DNA of 64,000 nucleotides, taken from positions 44,256 to 108,255 of the forward strand of contig JBNLDM010000117.1 of NCBI GenBank assembly GCA_050304335.1. The letters are read 5' to 3'. The translations under genes were made by a program, and so were the position numbers. The notes under the pieces were generated by a model that was not told where the DNA came from, ran no database searches, and worked only from the letters and a program-made list of their open reading frames with translations. This DNA comes from Pontiella sp. GTDB lineage: Bacteria > Verrucomicrobiota > Kiritimatiellia > Kiritimatiellales > Pontiellaceae. Position 1 is the first letter of the stretch; each line of letters starts with the position of its first letter. Shown in pieces: positions 27,454 to 38,067 of this stretch.

Positions 27454-28178
27454 TTAATCATGTCCGCCAGATGGATTATCTTTTCTGAAACCGATTCGCG
27501 GTCGCACGCCAGTATTTCCTCCATCGTATGGGCCTTGTCAACCGTGAGCGGCCCGGATGCGGTACGGCGCAGGGCATCGAGACGGCCCCCGACGCCGAGG
27601 TCGTTGCCGATGTCATGGGCGAGCGTACGGACGTAAGTGCCCTTGGTGCTCTTGACCCGGAACGTGACCAGCGGGTTGTCGAAGTCCAGTACCTCAAAGC
27701 TCGAAACATGGATCCGGCGCGGTTCGCGTTCGATTTCCTGTCCCTTGCGCGCCAGCTTATAGAGCGGGACACCATCCTTCTTGATGGCGGAAACCATTGG
27801 CGGAATCTGCTCGATGTCGCCCAGATACCTCTCCCGGATCACCGCTTCAACCTGCTCGCGGGTGATGTGCGCGGCATCCTTTTCCTCAAGGATTTCGCCG
27901 TCGGCATCCTGGGTGTTGGTGGACACTCCGAGCCGGAGGACGCCTTCGTAGGTCTTGTCGCCTCCCATGATGCGGTCGGAGAGCTTCGTTCCCTTGCCGA
28001 TCAGCAGCACCAGCAACCCGGTGGCCAGCGGGTCGAGCGTGCCGCCGTGGCCGACCTTCGAAAAGCGGAAGTGGTTGCGGATCTTGACGACGACGTCGTT
28101 GGAGGTCCAGTCGCTGGGCTTGTCGACCAGCAGAAGGCCGTCATAGGGATCGGGTGCGCGACGTCTACGTTGTCTCAT
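27450..28178 (-). CDS. truB: tRNA pseudouridine(55) synthase
   Basis: LLVDKP, KVGHGGTLDPLATG, Q.PPM.SA.K and KGTYVRTL motifs. Confidence 0.96.
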   Translation of the reverse strand: MRQRRRRAPDPYDGLLLVDKPSDWTSNDVVVKIRNHFRFSKVGHGGTLDPLATGLLVLLIGKGTKLSDRIMGGDKTYEGVLRLGVSTNTQDADGEILEEKDAAHITREQVEAVIRERYLGDIEQIPPMVSAIKKDGVPLYKLARKGQEIEREPRRIHVSSFEVLDFDNPLVTFRVKSTKGTYVRTLAHDIGNDLGVGGRLDALRRTASGPLTVDKAHTMEEILACDRESVSEKIIHLADMIK

Positions 28179-28557
28179 CGGTCTCGTCGTCCTTGAAGGC
28201 GTCTGGATTTTCACGTTCCATCTCGGCGAGGATCGACAGGATATGGTCGCCGCCCTCGAGCGATTCATCGAGGATGAAATGAAGCCGTGGTGTATATTTC
28301 AGCTTTACCCGCTTGATCATGAGCCGGATTATTTCCTGGCGGTGCCGGTTGAGGTAGCCGATCATGCGTTCGCGTTCATTCTCGTGTCCGAAAATGGAGA
28401 CATACACATTGGCATCACGCAGATCGGGGGCGCATTCGACGCGCGTCACCGTAATGGATGATGCATCGAAATCGGACATCGAGAAGTTGCGGTACAGATC
28501 CTCCGCAATCTCGCGCTTCAGCAATTCGTTTACTCTGACCAGACGTGGTATTCCCAT
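28165..28557 (-). CDS. rbfA: 30S ribosome-binding factor A
   Basis: R..RVNELLKREI, ITVTRV...PDLR.A and LKYTPRLHF..D motifs; upstream of truB. Confidence 0.93.
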   Translation of the reverse strand: MGIPRLVRVNELLKREIAEDLYRNFSMSDFDASSITVTRVECAPDLRDANVYVSIFGHENERERMIGYLNRHRQEIIRLMIKRVKLKYTPRLHFILDESLEGGDHILSILAEMERENPDAFKDDETDETT

Positions 28558-28630
28558 AGGATTTCCTCAAAAGCGCGTTACTATAGGCCGCACCGTCGGA
28601 AAAGCAACCTTCGCACGATGTAAACTCTAA

Positions 28631-28656
28631 TGCCTGTTGCCTGGTGCCTGGTACCT
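28631..28656. repeat. Short 7-bp tandem TGCCTGT TGCCTGG TGCCTGG TACCT
   Basis: Read directly, just after the 3D-domain gene stop. Confidence 0.55.
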
Positions 28657-28662
28657 TCATTT

Positions 28663-29184
28663 CTATGGCTTCCAGACTTTCACCTGTTTCCATTCGCGAC
28701 CCCAGTGCAGTGCCTCGCGATGAGTGGGGAAGAAGAGGTCGATGTGCATGCCCTTGATGTCGCCGCCGATGTCCTCGACGCGACCCCATCCATAATCGGG
28801 GACATACATGATGGTGCCGAAAGGATAATAGCGCGTGTCGGCTGCGATGGTGCCCCAGTCGGCGACGGTGCCCGATGCGGTGATGCCCACTTTCTTCGGC
28901 TGGCCCTTGCCAGGGCCGTAGGCGACCACGGGCTGGAATTTCCAGTTGTATTTCCATCCGCAGCACTTGCCGCAGCGGCAGTAACCGGTGGTTTCCATGC
29001 TGACGGTGTCCGGATGGTTGTGCGGCAATTGATATATCCTGCCTCCAGTCGCACAGCCACATAATACAGCAATGCCTGCCAGAAGGAGCAGATTTCCAGC
29101 AAAGGCGCAAAGCCGCCAGGCTAGAGCGGATCGATGAGGTGTCCTTTGCGCCTTGGCGCCTTGGCGAGAGGTTGCTTCAGTCAT
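28663..29184 (-). CDS. 3D-domain (MltA-like peptidoglycan-associated) lipoprotein
   Basis: Lipobox-like VLCG-C; TGYC, GITASG, IAAD, PFGT, EDIGG.IKG..IDL motifs; ATG overlaps the birA TGA. Confidence 0.8.
   Translation of the reverse strand: MTEATSRQGAKAQRTPHRSALAWRLCAFAGNLLLLAGIAVLCGCATGGRIYQLPHNHPDTVSMETTGYCRCGKCCGWKYNWKFQPVVAYGPGKGQPKKVGITASGTVADWGTIAADTRYYPFGTIMYVPDYGWGRVEDIGGDIKGMHIDLFFPTHREALHWGREWKQVKVWKP
29099..29170. repeat. 8-bp-period mirror repeat element inside the 5' end of the 3D-domain ORF
   Basis: GCAAAGGC GCAAAGCC GCCAGG, a spacer, then CTTTGCGC CTTGGCGC CTTGGCGA. Confidence 0.7.
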
Positions 29185-29906
29185 GTGACGTCTCCGGACC
29201 ATATGGTTTCGAGGCCCGCCTCGGTTTCGAGCAGCAGCTCGCCGTGCTCGCCGAAGCCGGAAAGCGTGCCGCTTTTACGGATATCGCCGTCGTGCACGCT
29301 GATCGGTTTGCCGATGGGTCCGGCCTTGTCGGTCCATTGCTCCCGAATGGACGGGAACCCCCCGGATTCCCATTGGGCGATCCAGTATTCCAGATGGGGG
29401 AGCAGCTCCTCCAGAACCTGTGGAACGGTTCCCGCCTGTCCGGTTTCGATCAGCAGCGAGGTGGCTGGCCGGTCGATCTGCGCGGCTTCGTCGGTGGACA
29501 TGTTTACGTTGACGCCGATGCCGATGATGATGCCATGCCGGGTAGCGGTCTCGACGCGCTCCGACAGGATACCGCAGATTTTCCGATCCTCCACGAGTAC
29601 ATCATTCGGCCACTTTGGCGCCGCTCGAATACCCCGGGCCGCCAGCATATCGGTGATGGCCAAAGCAACCGCCATCGTGAGGGACGGAATCTGGATGAGC
29701 GGGGCTCCGGTCTCCAGAAAAAGAGAGAAATAAAGATTCGTATCGGGGGCGGAATGCCATCTGCGATCCTGCCGCCCGCGTCCATCGGTCTGCTCACGGG
29801 CGGCAACCACCTGGCCCGACTGCATATAGTCGCCTGCATAGAAGCGCTCGCGCATGAAGGTGTTGGTCGATCCGAGCCGGTCGTGCCATTCGATCCTGAA
29901 CCGCAT
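29181..29906 (-). CDS. birA: Biotin-protein ligase (no HTH domain)
   Basis: STN, QTDGRGR, KWPNDV, KICGIL and GIGVNVN motifs. Confidence 0.95.
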   Translation of the reverse strand: MRFRIEWHDRLGSTNTFMRERFYAGDYMQSGQVVAAREQTDGRGRQDRRWHSAPDTNLYFSLFLETGAPLIQIPSLTMAVALAITDMLAARGIRAAPKWPNDVLVEDRKICGILSERVETATRHGIIIGIGVNVNMSTDEAAQIDRPATSLLIETGQAGTVPQVLEELLPHLEYWIAQWESGGFPSIREQWTDKAGPIGKPISVHDGDIRKSGTLSGFGEHGELLLETEAGLETIWSGDVT

Positions 29907-30041
29907 TACGAGGACATCCTTTATTGAGATTGAGTTTCAGTACAAATGCTTAAGAAATATAGGCATTTTTTCACTAGTCATACCTGCACAGATTCCCTAT
30001 ACATGGCGCTCATTTTAGCAAAACCAGGGAGCAAGAAAAAG

Positions 30042-30266
30042 ATGGAACTTCTGATGCAAGGTGTTGTCCTCATGATCATCGGCATGGCGACCGTATTCGC
30101 CTTCCTCGTCCTGATGATCGTTTCCATGAACTGCGCGGCGGCCTTTTTCCGCAAGTTCGCCCACCTCTTCCCCGAAGAGCCCGCTCCGGCGCCCAGAACC
30201 GGAGGCGTCGATCCCGTGGCTGAAATCGCGGTCGCGCTGGCGGCCATCAAAGCCAAGCGCGGATAA
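30042..30266 (+). CDS. oadG: Na+-translocating decarboxylase gamma subunit
   Basis: Single TM segment GMATVFAFL, Pro/Ala linker and IAVALAA; first gene of the oad operon. Confidence 0.85.
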   Translation: MELLMQGVVLMIIGMATVFAFLVLMIVSMNCAAAFFRKFAHLFPEEPAPAPRTGGVDPVAEIAVALAAIKAKRG

Positions 30267-30299
30267 CCCATTTAACAATCATAACCAGGAGAAACCACC

Positions 30300-32123
30300 G
30301 TGGCTAAGAAAACCATCCATATCATGAACACCGCGTTTCGAGACGGGTTCCAGTCCGTCTACGGGGCGCGCGTACTGACCGAAGATTTCCTGCCGGCCGT
30401 CAAGGTCTGCGTCGAAGCCGGACAAACCCACTTCGAGGCCGGCGGCGGCGCCCGTTTCCAGGCTCCGTTCTTCTACTGCAACGAATCCGCCTTCGACATG
30501 ATGGACAAGTTCCGCTCTACGGTCGGGCCGGATGCCGACCTGCAAACCCTTTCGCGCGGCATCAACGTGGTCGGTCTCGACTCGCAGTCGCGCGACATCA
30601 TCGATCTGCATGCGAAGATGTTCAAGAAGCACGGCATGACTACCATTCGCAACTTCGACGCGCTCAACGACGTCAACAACCTGATCGACTCCGGCCGTTC
30701 GATCACCAACCACGGTCTCAACCACGAAGTGGTCGTCACCATGATGGAACTGCCGCCCGGATGCACCGGAGCGCATACCGTTGAATTCTATATCGACACG
30801 CTGCAGAAGATTCTCGCCGCAGAGATCCCCTTCACGAGTGTCTGTTTCAAGGATGCCTCGGGAACGTCGGTTCCGAAAAAGGTCTACGACACCATCCTGG
30901 CCGCCCGCAAGATCCTGCCGGGCGACACCAAGATCTCCTTCCACTCCCACGAGACCGCCGGTACCGCGACCGTGTGCTATGTGGCCGCCATCAAGGCGGG
31001 CGCCGACCAGGTTGACTGCTCTCTGGCGCCGGCTTCCGGCGGCACCTGCCAGCCGGACGTTGCCACGGTCTGGCATGCCCTCCGCGGTGAAGACTACGAG
31101 CTGGATGTCGATATTGATAAGATGATGCAGGCGTCCAACGTCTTCAAGGAATGCATGGCCGACTATTTCATCCCGCCGGAAGCGCTGGCCGTCGAACCGA
31201 TGATTCCGTGGTCGCCGATGCCCGGCGGCGCCCTGACCGCCAACACGCAGATGATGCGCGACAACAACCTGATGGATAAGTACGAAGCGTGCATCGAGGC
31301 CATGGGCGAAGTGGTCCGCCGCGGCGGATTCGCCACCTCCGTAACACCGGTTTCGCAGTTCTACTTCCAGCAGGCATTCAACAATGTCATGTTCGGGCCG
31401 TGGGAAAAGTTCGCTGAAGGCTACGGCAAGATGGTGCTGGGCTACTTCGGCAAGACCCCCGTCGAACCCGATCCGGAAATCGTCAAGCTTGCCGCCGAAA
31501 AGATGGGCCTGGAACCGACGACCGACAATCCGGTCGATCTCAATGACGCCGACCCGAACAAGGGCGTGGATGCCGCCAAGAAGCTGCTCACCGACGCAGG
31601 CATTGATGATCATTGCGATGAAAACGTCTTCATCGCCGCCACCTGCAAGCAGAAAGGCATCGACTTTCTGCTCGGCAAGACCGAGATCAACGGCGTCCGT
31701 AAGGGTTCGCTGACGAAGAAGGAAGAAGCACCCGCGGCTGCGCCGGGCGGTGACGGCGAATATGCCGTGACCGTTAACGGCAAGACTTTCGCCATCGAAA
31801 TCAAGGGCGATACCGCCACCGTCAACGGCAAGTCGTATGATATCGGCGTAGCGGACGGCGACAAGGCCGCTTCCGGTGCATCCACCTCGGTGGCGCACGA
31901 GTCGGCCGACTCCATCGAAGTGGCCGCTCCGATGAACGCCAAGGTAATCAAGGCCGTTGTGGACGTCGGCGATCATGTGAATGAAGGCGATGTGCTCTTC
32001 GTGGTTGAGGCGATGAAGATGGAAATCGACGTCAAGGCCTCCACCAGCGGCACGGTCTCCTCGATCGCGGTCAGTGCCGGCGAACAGGTGACGGCCGGCC
32101 AGGCCATGGCATCCATCAACTAG
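30300..32123 (+). CDS. oadA: Oxaloacetate decarboxylase alpha subunit (carboxyltransferase plus biotin carrier)
   Basis: RDGFQS, CFKDASG, HSH, PMPGG, VTPVSQ and C-terminal EAMKM. Confidence 0.9.
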   Translation: MAKKTIHIMNTAFRDGFQSVYGARVLTEDFLPAVKVCVEAGQTHFEAGGGARFQAPFFYCNESAFDMMDKFRSTVGPDADLQTLSRGINVVGLDSQSRDIIDLHAKMFKKHGMTTIRNFDALNDVNNLIDSGRSITNHGLNHEVVVTMMELPPGCTGAHTVEFYIDTLQKILAAEIPFTSVCFKDASGTSVPKKVYDTILAARKILPGDTKISFHSHETAGTATVCYVAAIKAGADQVDCSLAPASGGTCQPDVATVWHALRGEDYELDVDIDKMMQASNVFKECMADYFIPPEALAVEPMIPWSPMPGGALTANTQMMRDNNLMDKYEACIEAMGEVVRRGGFATSVTPVSQFYFQQAFNNVMFGPWEKFAEGYGKMVLGYFGKTPVEPDPEIVKLAAEKMGLEPTTDNPVDLNDADPNKGVDAAKKLLTDAGIDDHCDENVFIAATCKQKGIDFLLGKTEINGVRKGSLTKKEEAPAAAPGGDGEYAVTVNGKTFAIEIKGDTATVNGKSYDIGVADGDKAASGASTSVAHESADSIEVAAPMNAKVIKAVVDVGDHVNEGDVLFVVEAMKMEIDVKASTSGTVSSIAVSAGEQVTAGQAMASIN

Positions 32124-32152
32124 AGCGCAACCGCGAACGGAGATATTTCGAC

Positions 32153-33622
32153 ATGAGGAAATTCATTACCACGGTCTTCATCGCTGTCGCTCTGCTGGGC
32201 GGCACGGCCTGGGCGCAGGCCGACGATGCCGCCGCCCCGGAAGGCGTGAAGACCACCAGGCATATTTCGATCAGCGGGGGTTTCAAGAAGCTTTGGCATG
32301 AAACCGGAATCTATCGCTTCATCCACCCGAAGACCACCGAAGAGAAAGCTGCGGAATACAGTGCTGCGCTGGTCAAGACCGTGGACGCCGAGATTGCTGC
32401 GGGCCATTTTTCCGGCGCCATGGAGGTCATCCACAAGGCGCATGGCGTCGACAAGGAACTGATTGAGTCATTGACGCAGAAGGTCGAAACGGCCGAAGCC
32501 CAGGGCTTTGTTCCTTCGCGGCTGCTGCCGGAAGGCGCAGGCCAGTTCGTAATGATTCTGGTCGGGCTGCTGTTGATCTGGCTGGCGATCAAGAAAGGCT
32601 TCGAACCGCTCCTGCTGCTGCCGATCGGATTCGGTGCGATTCTGACCAATATTCCGGTTGCCGGTATTGCGGACGGGCCCATGCCCGGACAGCCGGGCGG
32701 CTTCCTGTACTATTTCTACACAGTCGGCGTGCAGTCCGGTGTCTTCCCGCTGCTGATTTTCATGGGCGTGGGTGCGATGACCGACTTCGGTCCGCTGCTG
32801 GCCAATCCCAAGACAGCCCTGCTCGGTGCCGCCGCCCAGTTCGGCATCTTTTGCGCGTTGCTGGGTGCGATGTCCATGGGCGGCCTGTTTACGCTCGAAG
32901 ATGCCGCCGCGATCGGCATCATCGGCGGCGCGGACGGTCCGACCGCCATCTTCCTGGCGTCCCGTCTCTCACCGAACCTGCTGGGTGCGATCGCCGTGGC
33001 GGCCTATTCCTATATGGCACTGGTTCCGATCATCCAGCCGCCCATCATGAAGCTGTTCACTACCAAAGCCGAGCGCGCTATTGTGATGAAGCAGCTGCGC
33101 CACGTTCCCAAGTCGGAAAAGATTATCTTTCCGCTGCTGGTGCTGTTGATCTGCCTGCTGCTGCTGCCTTCGGCCACGCCGCTGATCGGCATGCTGATGC
33201 TCGGCAACCTGATGAAGGAATCCTGCGTGGTGGATCGTCTGTCCGACACGGCCCAGAATTCGCTGATCAACATTGTTACCATCATGCTGGGCACGGCGGT
33301 CGGCTCCAAGCTGGCGGCCGACAAGTTTCTCAACATACAGACGCTCGGTATTCTGGGCCTGGGTCTGGCGGCCTTTATCATCGGCACCGCCACCGGCGTG
33401 CTGCTGGCCAAGCTGATGAACAAGCTCAGCAAGGAGCAGATCAATCCCCTGATTGGTTCCGCCGGGGTATCGGCCGTACCGATGGCCGCACGCGTCTCCA
33501 ACAAGGTCGGTCTCGAAGCAAATCCGCAGAACTTCCTGCTCATGCATGCCATGGGTCCGAACGTGGCGGGTGTGATCGGTTCCGCTGTCGCCGCCGGGGT
33601 ACTGCTCGCACTGGTGGGATAG
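32153..33622 (+). CDS. oadB: Na+-translocating decarboxylase beta subunit
   Basis: [43 protein letters not shown] and HAMGPNVAG motifs. Confidence 0.96.
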   Translation: MRKFITTVFIAVALLGGTAWAQADDAAAPEGVKTTRHISISGGFKKLWHETGIYRFIHPKTTEEKAAEYSAALVKTVDAEIAAGHFSGAMEVIHKAHGVDKELIESLTQKVETAEAQGFVPSRLLPEGAGQFVMILVGLLLIWLAIKKGFEPLLLLPIGFGAILTNIPVAGIADGPMPGQPGGFLYYFYTVGVQSGVFPLLIFMGVGAMTDFGPLLANPKTALLGAAAQFGIFCALLGAMSMGGLFTLEDAAAIGIIGGADGPTAIFLASRLSPNLLGAIAVAAYSYMALVPIIQPPIMKLFTTKAERAIVMKQLRHVPKSEKIIFPLLVLLICLLLLPSATPLIGMLMLGNLMKESCVVDRLSDTAQNSLINIVTIMLGTAVGSKLAADKFLNIQTLGILGLGLAAFIIGTATGVLLAKLMNKLSKEQINPLIGSAGVSAVPMAARVSNKVGLEANPQNFLLMHAMGPNVAGVIGSAVAAGVLLALVG

Positions 33623-33628
33623 GTATAC

Positions 33629-33653
33629 GGTTCGTGGTTCCGCCATCAGGCGG
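33629..33653 (+). repeat. REP element GGTTCGTGGTTCCGCCATCAGGCGG
   Basis: Near-identical to the reverse complement of 26502-26526. Confidence 0.65.
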
Positions 33654-33662
33654 GCATTGTAT

Positions 33663-33693
33663 AAAAAGCCGCATCGCTGGATGCGGCTTTTTT
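33663..33693 (+). terminator. Rho-independent (bidirectional-type) terminator after oadB
   Basis: AAAAAGCCGCATC-GCTG-GATGCGGCTTTTTT. Confidence 0.85.
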
Positions 33694-33722
33694 GGGTTCA
33701 TGCCCCGTTTGCGAGGAGCAGC

Positions 33723-33803
33723 GTGGCTCGCATGTCCGATGCGAGTTTTCAGCAGGCGGAGACTTCCTGATGGGGAGAATCGCGGATCGGATATCCGCGC
33801 CAC
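33723..33803. repeat. REP doublet (REPIN/BIME-like)
   Basis: GTGGCTCGCATGTCCGATGCGAG and an inverted GTGGCGCGGATATCCGATCCGCG, 35 nt apart. Confidence 0.7.
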
Positions 33804-33982
33804 TTCGCCAGGACGGGGGGTCTTCCTCGGAAATGGAACATGAACTTTCTTTGGGGATGTTTTTACGGATTGCCTAAAAGCGGAACGACGTACGTGTCGC
33901 GCCCTTTTTTGTTTTTCGCCCTTTGCGGTTTTGTGGCAAGCTTTCGCGATCGTTGAAATGGCGGAAACCCGAGGAGGTTGAA

Positions 33983-35617
33983 ATGGTGGGGTTGATGGCA
34001 GTAGCCGCGTTGGCGGTATCTTCACAGGTGACGGATGTGACCGTGTACCGCGACCGGGCGCAGGTAGTTCGCACGGCGGAGGTGCAGCTGGAGCAGGGGA
34101 TCAATACATTGCGCTTCGAAGACTTGCCGGATGCCACGGACTCGCGCGGTATTCAGGTGGATGGTTCCGGGGCGGCGACGGTGCTCGACGTTCGTTTCAA
34201 GACCGAAAACTTCACGGAGATTCCCAGGGAGGAATGGCAGCATCTGTACAACGAGCGCGACCGGTTGCAGAACGAGATCAAGGAGGTCGAGCTACGGATC
34301 CAGCGGTTGAAGGAGCTGAAGGGGTTCCTTGAACGGATCTCGGAGAAGGTAACCCATCGCGCAGAAACGGAAGGGCGGACGGATCTAAACCCGGGAAGCT
34401 GGAGCCGGATGCTGACGCTTTATGTCGACAAGGGCGCCGAATATGACGAAGGCCTGCAAGCGGCGAACAATGAAATCAAGGAACTGCGCAAGGGACTGGA
34501 AAAGGTGCAGGCCGATATTCGCGATGCCGGCGCCGACAGCCGGAAGCAGCGCCGGATCATCGAGGTTGATCTGGAATCGGCCCGGCCCGGTAAGGCGGAA
34601 ATCCAGGTGTCCTATCTCGTGGCCGGCCCCGGCTGGCACCCGACCTACGATGTGCGCGTGGATACCAGGTCACGCCAGATGGAACTGCAGTATTATGCGC
34701 TGGTGCGGCAGAACACGGGGGAGGACTGGGGCGGCGTATCGCTGAAACTTTCAACCGCACGGCCCGGGCTGGGCGGCAAACATCCCGATCTGATGCCGTG
34801 GCGAATTGATCTTCGTCCGGAGGTGGCGGCATACGGCCTTGATAAGTCGTCGCTGAGTTCGATGCCGATGCCGTCACCCAAGCCGCAAAGCAGCATGATG
34901 ATGTATAACACCTTCGATTTTGCCGGTGCGGAGAAAGCGGATGTGCAGAAACCTATGGAGGTGAGGCAGGCCGCAGTGAAAACCGACAGCGTTGCCGCCG
35001 TGTTCGAAGTAAAAGGTGCGTCGGTGATCGAAGCGGATAACGTGGAACATCGCGTGGCAGTATCCCGCGTCAGCCTGCCGGCCCGCTTCCGGTATTCGGT
35101 GGTTCCCAAGATGGATCGGCACGCCTATCTGAAAGCCAAGGCGGTCAACGAAAGCGAGAGCCCCTTGCTGGAAGGCAAGGCCAATATTTTTCTGGATGGA
35201 AGCTATGTGGCGACATCCTCACTCGACCTGGTGGCACCGGGCGAGGAGTTCTGGATATTTCTGGGTGCCGATGAGGGCATGCAGGTGGAATACAAGCTCG
35301 TTCAGAAGTATACGAGCTACGAGGGGCTGATCGGTAAAACAACGCGCTACCGGCGTGATTACCTGATCACGGTTAAAAACACGCATTCCGAGCCGGAAGA
35401 GGTGATCGTCTGGGATCAGATTCCCATATCCGGCAATGAAGATATCGAAGTGGATCTGATCGAACCCGCGTATTCAAAGGATACGGACGCGCTTAAGATT
35501 GATGAGGAACAGCGCATTCAGTGGTTCAGGACCGTTCCGCCCGGAGAGACGTGGGAGATACCGCTGCAGTACAGGGTTGAAACGCCGCGGGGTATGAAAG
35601 TCAAGGGATTCGAATAG
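33983..35617 (+). CDS. DUF4140/DUF4139 (MuiA-like) protein, copy 1
   Basis: VTVYRDRAQVVR, coiled coil, SYLV..PGW.PTYD and QNTGEDW..V.LKLSTARP; GAGGAGG RBS. Confidence 0.88.
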   Translation: MVGLMAVAALAVSSQVTDVTVYRDRAQVVRTAEVQLEQGINTLRFEDLPDATDSRGIQVDGSGAATVLDVRFKTENFTEIPREEWQHLYNERDRLQNEIKEVELRIQRLKELKGFLERISEKVTHRAETEGRTDLNPGSWSRMLTLYVDKGAEYDEGLQAANNEIKELRKGLEKVQADIRDAGADSRKQRRIIEVDLESARPGKAEIQVSYLVAGPGWHPTYDVRVDTRSRQMELQYYALVRQNTGEDWGGVSLKLSTARPGLGGKHPDLMPWRIDLRPEVAAYGLDKSSLSSMPMPSPKPQSSMMMYNTFDFAGAEKADVQKPMEVRQAAVKTDSVAAVFEVKGASVIEADNVEHRVAVSRVSLPARFRYSVVPKMDRHAYLKAKAVNESESPLLEGKANIFLDGSYVATSSLDLVAPGEEFWIFLGADEGMQVEYKLVQKYTSYEGLIGKTTRYRRDYLITVKNTHSEPEEVIVWDQIPISGNEDIEVDLIEPAYSKDTDALKIDEEQRIQWFRTVPPGETWEIPLQYRVETPRGMKVKGFE

Positions 35618-35629
35618 AGGGGGATAGTC

Positions 35630-37276
35630 ATGTTGGAATATATTGCAGTTGCGGCATTGGCGGTTTCTTCCCAGATATCGGAAGTGACGGTATACAACGA
35701 CCGGGCGCAGGTGGTCCGCACCGCACAGGTTGAGCTGGAACAGGGAATCAATACCGTGGTCTTCGAGGATCTGCCCCGGCAGGTCGACGCCCGCGGCATT
35801 CAGGTGGAAGGATCGGGTTCGGCAACGGTGCTGGATGTGCGTTTCAAGACCGAAAACCTGAAGGACGTCGATGATGAAACCTGGCAGGAGCTTTATGTCA
35901 AACGCGACGACCTGCAGGACCAGGTGCATCGAATCGAGCAGCAAATCGACCGATTGGGCCATGCGAAAAACTTCCTGACCAAGATCAGTGAAAAGGTAAC
36001 CCACAGTTCCGATAAAGAAGGCGAGCTGGCACTGGACCCCGCTGAGTGGGAAAACATGCTGCAGCTCTACGGTACGCACAGCGCGCAGTATGATGCCGGC
36101 ATCATGGAGGCCGAACAGGCATTAAAGGATGTGCGCAAGGAACTGGAGAAGGTGGAAGCCGATATGCGCGAGGCCGGCGCCGACACGCGTAAGCAGCGCC
36201 GGATTGTCGAGGTGGATCTGGAGGCATCTACGCAGGCAGTGGCTGAATTGAAGCTGTCCTATCTCGTGCACGGTCCGGGCTGGGTGCCCACCTATGACAT
36301 CCGGGTGGATGGGGGGAGCCGGATGATGGAGATAAAGTATTTCGCCCTCGTCCGGCAGAATACCGGCGAGGACTGGAGCGATGCGGCCTTGAAACTTTCC
36401 ACGGCCCGTCCGGGACTGGGAGGCCGGCATCCCGATCTGGACGCTTGGCGTATCGATGAGGATCGGCCGCGCGTGCGTGCCGGGCGTGCGCAGCAGGTGA
36501 ATCGATATGCCCGGGACTATGATGTGGAGACCGGCCAGCGTACCGCGCCGGTCGTGAGGCCGCGGGACTGGGAGGAGGTCAGCCTGGGGGTGGCGCTGGA
36601 AGCCGAGCCCGCCATGGAAACCCGCGGCACATCCACGTCGATTCAGGGAACGGCGGTTGTTTTCGAGGTTGACGGCACGAGCGATATCGCCAGCGACAAC
36701 GTGGAACACCGGGTGGCGGTTTCGTCGCTGGAGGTGAAAGCGCATTTCCGCTACTCGTGTGTGCCGAAGCTCGACAAGTATGTCTACCTGAAGGCCCAGG
36801 GCCGGAACAACGCCGAGTATCCCTTGCTTCCGGGCAAGGCCAATGTCTTTCTCGACGGCAGCTATGTTGCGACCTCGGAACTGGAGCTGGTGGTGCCGGG
36901 CGAGGATTTCTGGGCATTCCTGGGCACGGATGAAAGCGTGAAGGTGGACTACAAGGTCCTCAACAAGCATGAAAGCCGCGAAGGGTTTACCGGCAAGACG
37001 GTCCGGCATACTTTTGAATACCTGTTCAAGGTCAAGAATACCCATTCGACCCGGGAGGAACTGATTATTTTCGACCAGCTTCCTATTTCCGGCAATGAGG
37101 AAATCAAAGTAGAATTGGTAGAACCTCGATACGCAAAGAATACCGCTGAACTGGAAATCAATAATGAAAAGCGCATCAAGTGGTTCCTGATTCTGGAACC
37201 GGGCGAAGAGAAGGACGTGCCGTTTACTTTTTATGTGGAAGCCTCGAAGGATGTGGAGATAACCGGACTCGAATGA
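35630..37276 (+). CDS. DUF4140/DUF4139 (MuiA-like) protein, copy 2
   Basis: Full-length paralogue of the preceding gene with the same motifs. Confidence 0.88.
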   Translation: MLEYIAVAALAVSSQISEVTVYNDRAQVVRTAQVELEQGINTVVFEDLPRQVDARGIQVEGSGSATVLDVRFKTENLKDVDDETWQELYVKRDDLQDQVHRIEQQIDRLGHAKNFLTKISEKVTHSSDKEGELALDPAEWENMLQLYGTHSAQYDAGIMEAEQALKDVRKELEKVEADMREAGADTRKQRRIVEVDLEASTQAVAELKLSYLVHGPGWVPTYDIRVDGGSRMMEIKYFALVRQNTGEDWSDAALKLSTARPGLGGRHPDLDAWRIDEDRPRVRAGRAQQVNRYARDYDVETGQRTAPVVRPRDWEEVSLGVALEAEPAMETRGTSTSIQGTAVVFEVDGTSDIASDNVEHRVAVSSLEVKAHFRYSCVPKLDKYVYLKAQGRNNAEYPLLPGKANVFLDGSYVATSELELVVPGEDFWAFLGTDESVKVDYKVLNKHESREGFTGKTVRHTFEYLFKVKNTHSTREELIIFDQLPISGNEEIKVELVEPRYAKNTAELEINNEKRIKWFLILEPGEEKDVPFTFYVEASKDVEITGLE

Positions 37277-38067
37277 AGATTCCATTCACCAAGATGCATG
37301 GCGCAGGCAACGATTTTATCGTGATCGATGATCGTGCGGTAACGTTTCCAATCCACGACCACACATTCCTGGCCCGGATTTCCGATCGGCGGACCGGAAT
37401 CGGCTGCGACGGAGTGATTCTGCTGCAGCGATCGGAGCCGGCGGATTTCCGGATGCGCTTCATCAATCCGGATGGTCATGAGGTGGAAATGTGCGGTAAC
37501 GGGGCCCGGTGTATCGCTCGCTTCGCATACGACCTTGGGATTGTTTCCGAACGGATGACGATGGAAACCGTGGCAGGTGTGGTGCATGCCGACGTGCTGG
37601 GGGAAATGATCCGCCTTGAGCTGACGCGTCCTTCCGCTCCAGAACTGGATCTCGACCTGGGGCTTCCCTGGGGGGTAGACTGCATCAACACCGGTGTGCC
37701 GCACGCGGTCTGCTGGGTGGATGACGTGAAGCAGGTTGACGTGCCGGCACAGGGCGCCGTGATTCGTTACCACGAGTGCTTTGCACCGGCGGGAACGAAT
37801 GCAAACTTTGCCCGGATCGAAGACGACGGCAGCGTGAGCGTTCGAACCTACGAACGCGGTGTGGAAGCGGAAACGCTTGCCTGTGGAACGGGTGCCGTGG
37901 CCGTGGCCGTTCTGGCGTCGAAACGCAATCGGGTCGCTTTGCCGGTCACTGTGCATTGCGCAAGCGGGTTTGATTTGGTAATTGATTCCAACCAAAGCGG
38001 CACTACACTGACGGGTGGAGCATCCTATGTTTTTACTGGAGAGATCGACGATGGAAATCGGTTTTAG
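37273..38067 (+). CDS. dapF: Diaminopimelate epimerase
   Basis: FTKMHGAGNDF, EMCGNGARC, NTGVPH and ERGVEAETLACGTG motifs. Confidence 0.97.
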   Translation: MKIPFTKMHGAGNDFIVIDDRAVTFPIHDHTFLARISDRRTGIGCDGVILLQRSEPADFRMRFINPDGHEVEMCGNGARCIARFAYDLGIVSERMTMETVAGVVHADVLGEMIRLELTRPSAPELDLDLGLPWGVDCINTGVPHAVCWVDDVKQVDVPAQGAVIRYHECFAPAGTNANFARIEDDGSVSVRTYERGVEAETLACGTGAVAVAVLASKRNRVALPVTVHCASGFDLVIDSNQSGTTLTGGASYVFTGEIDDGNRF

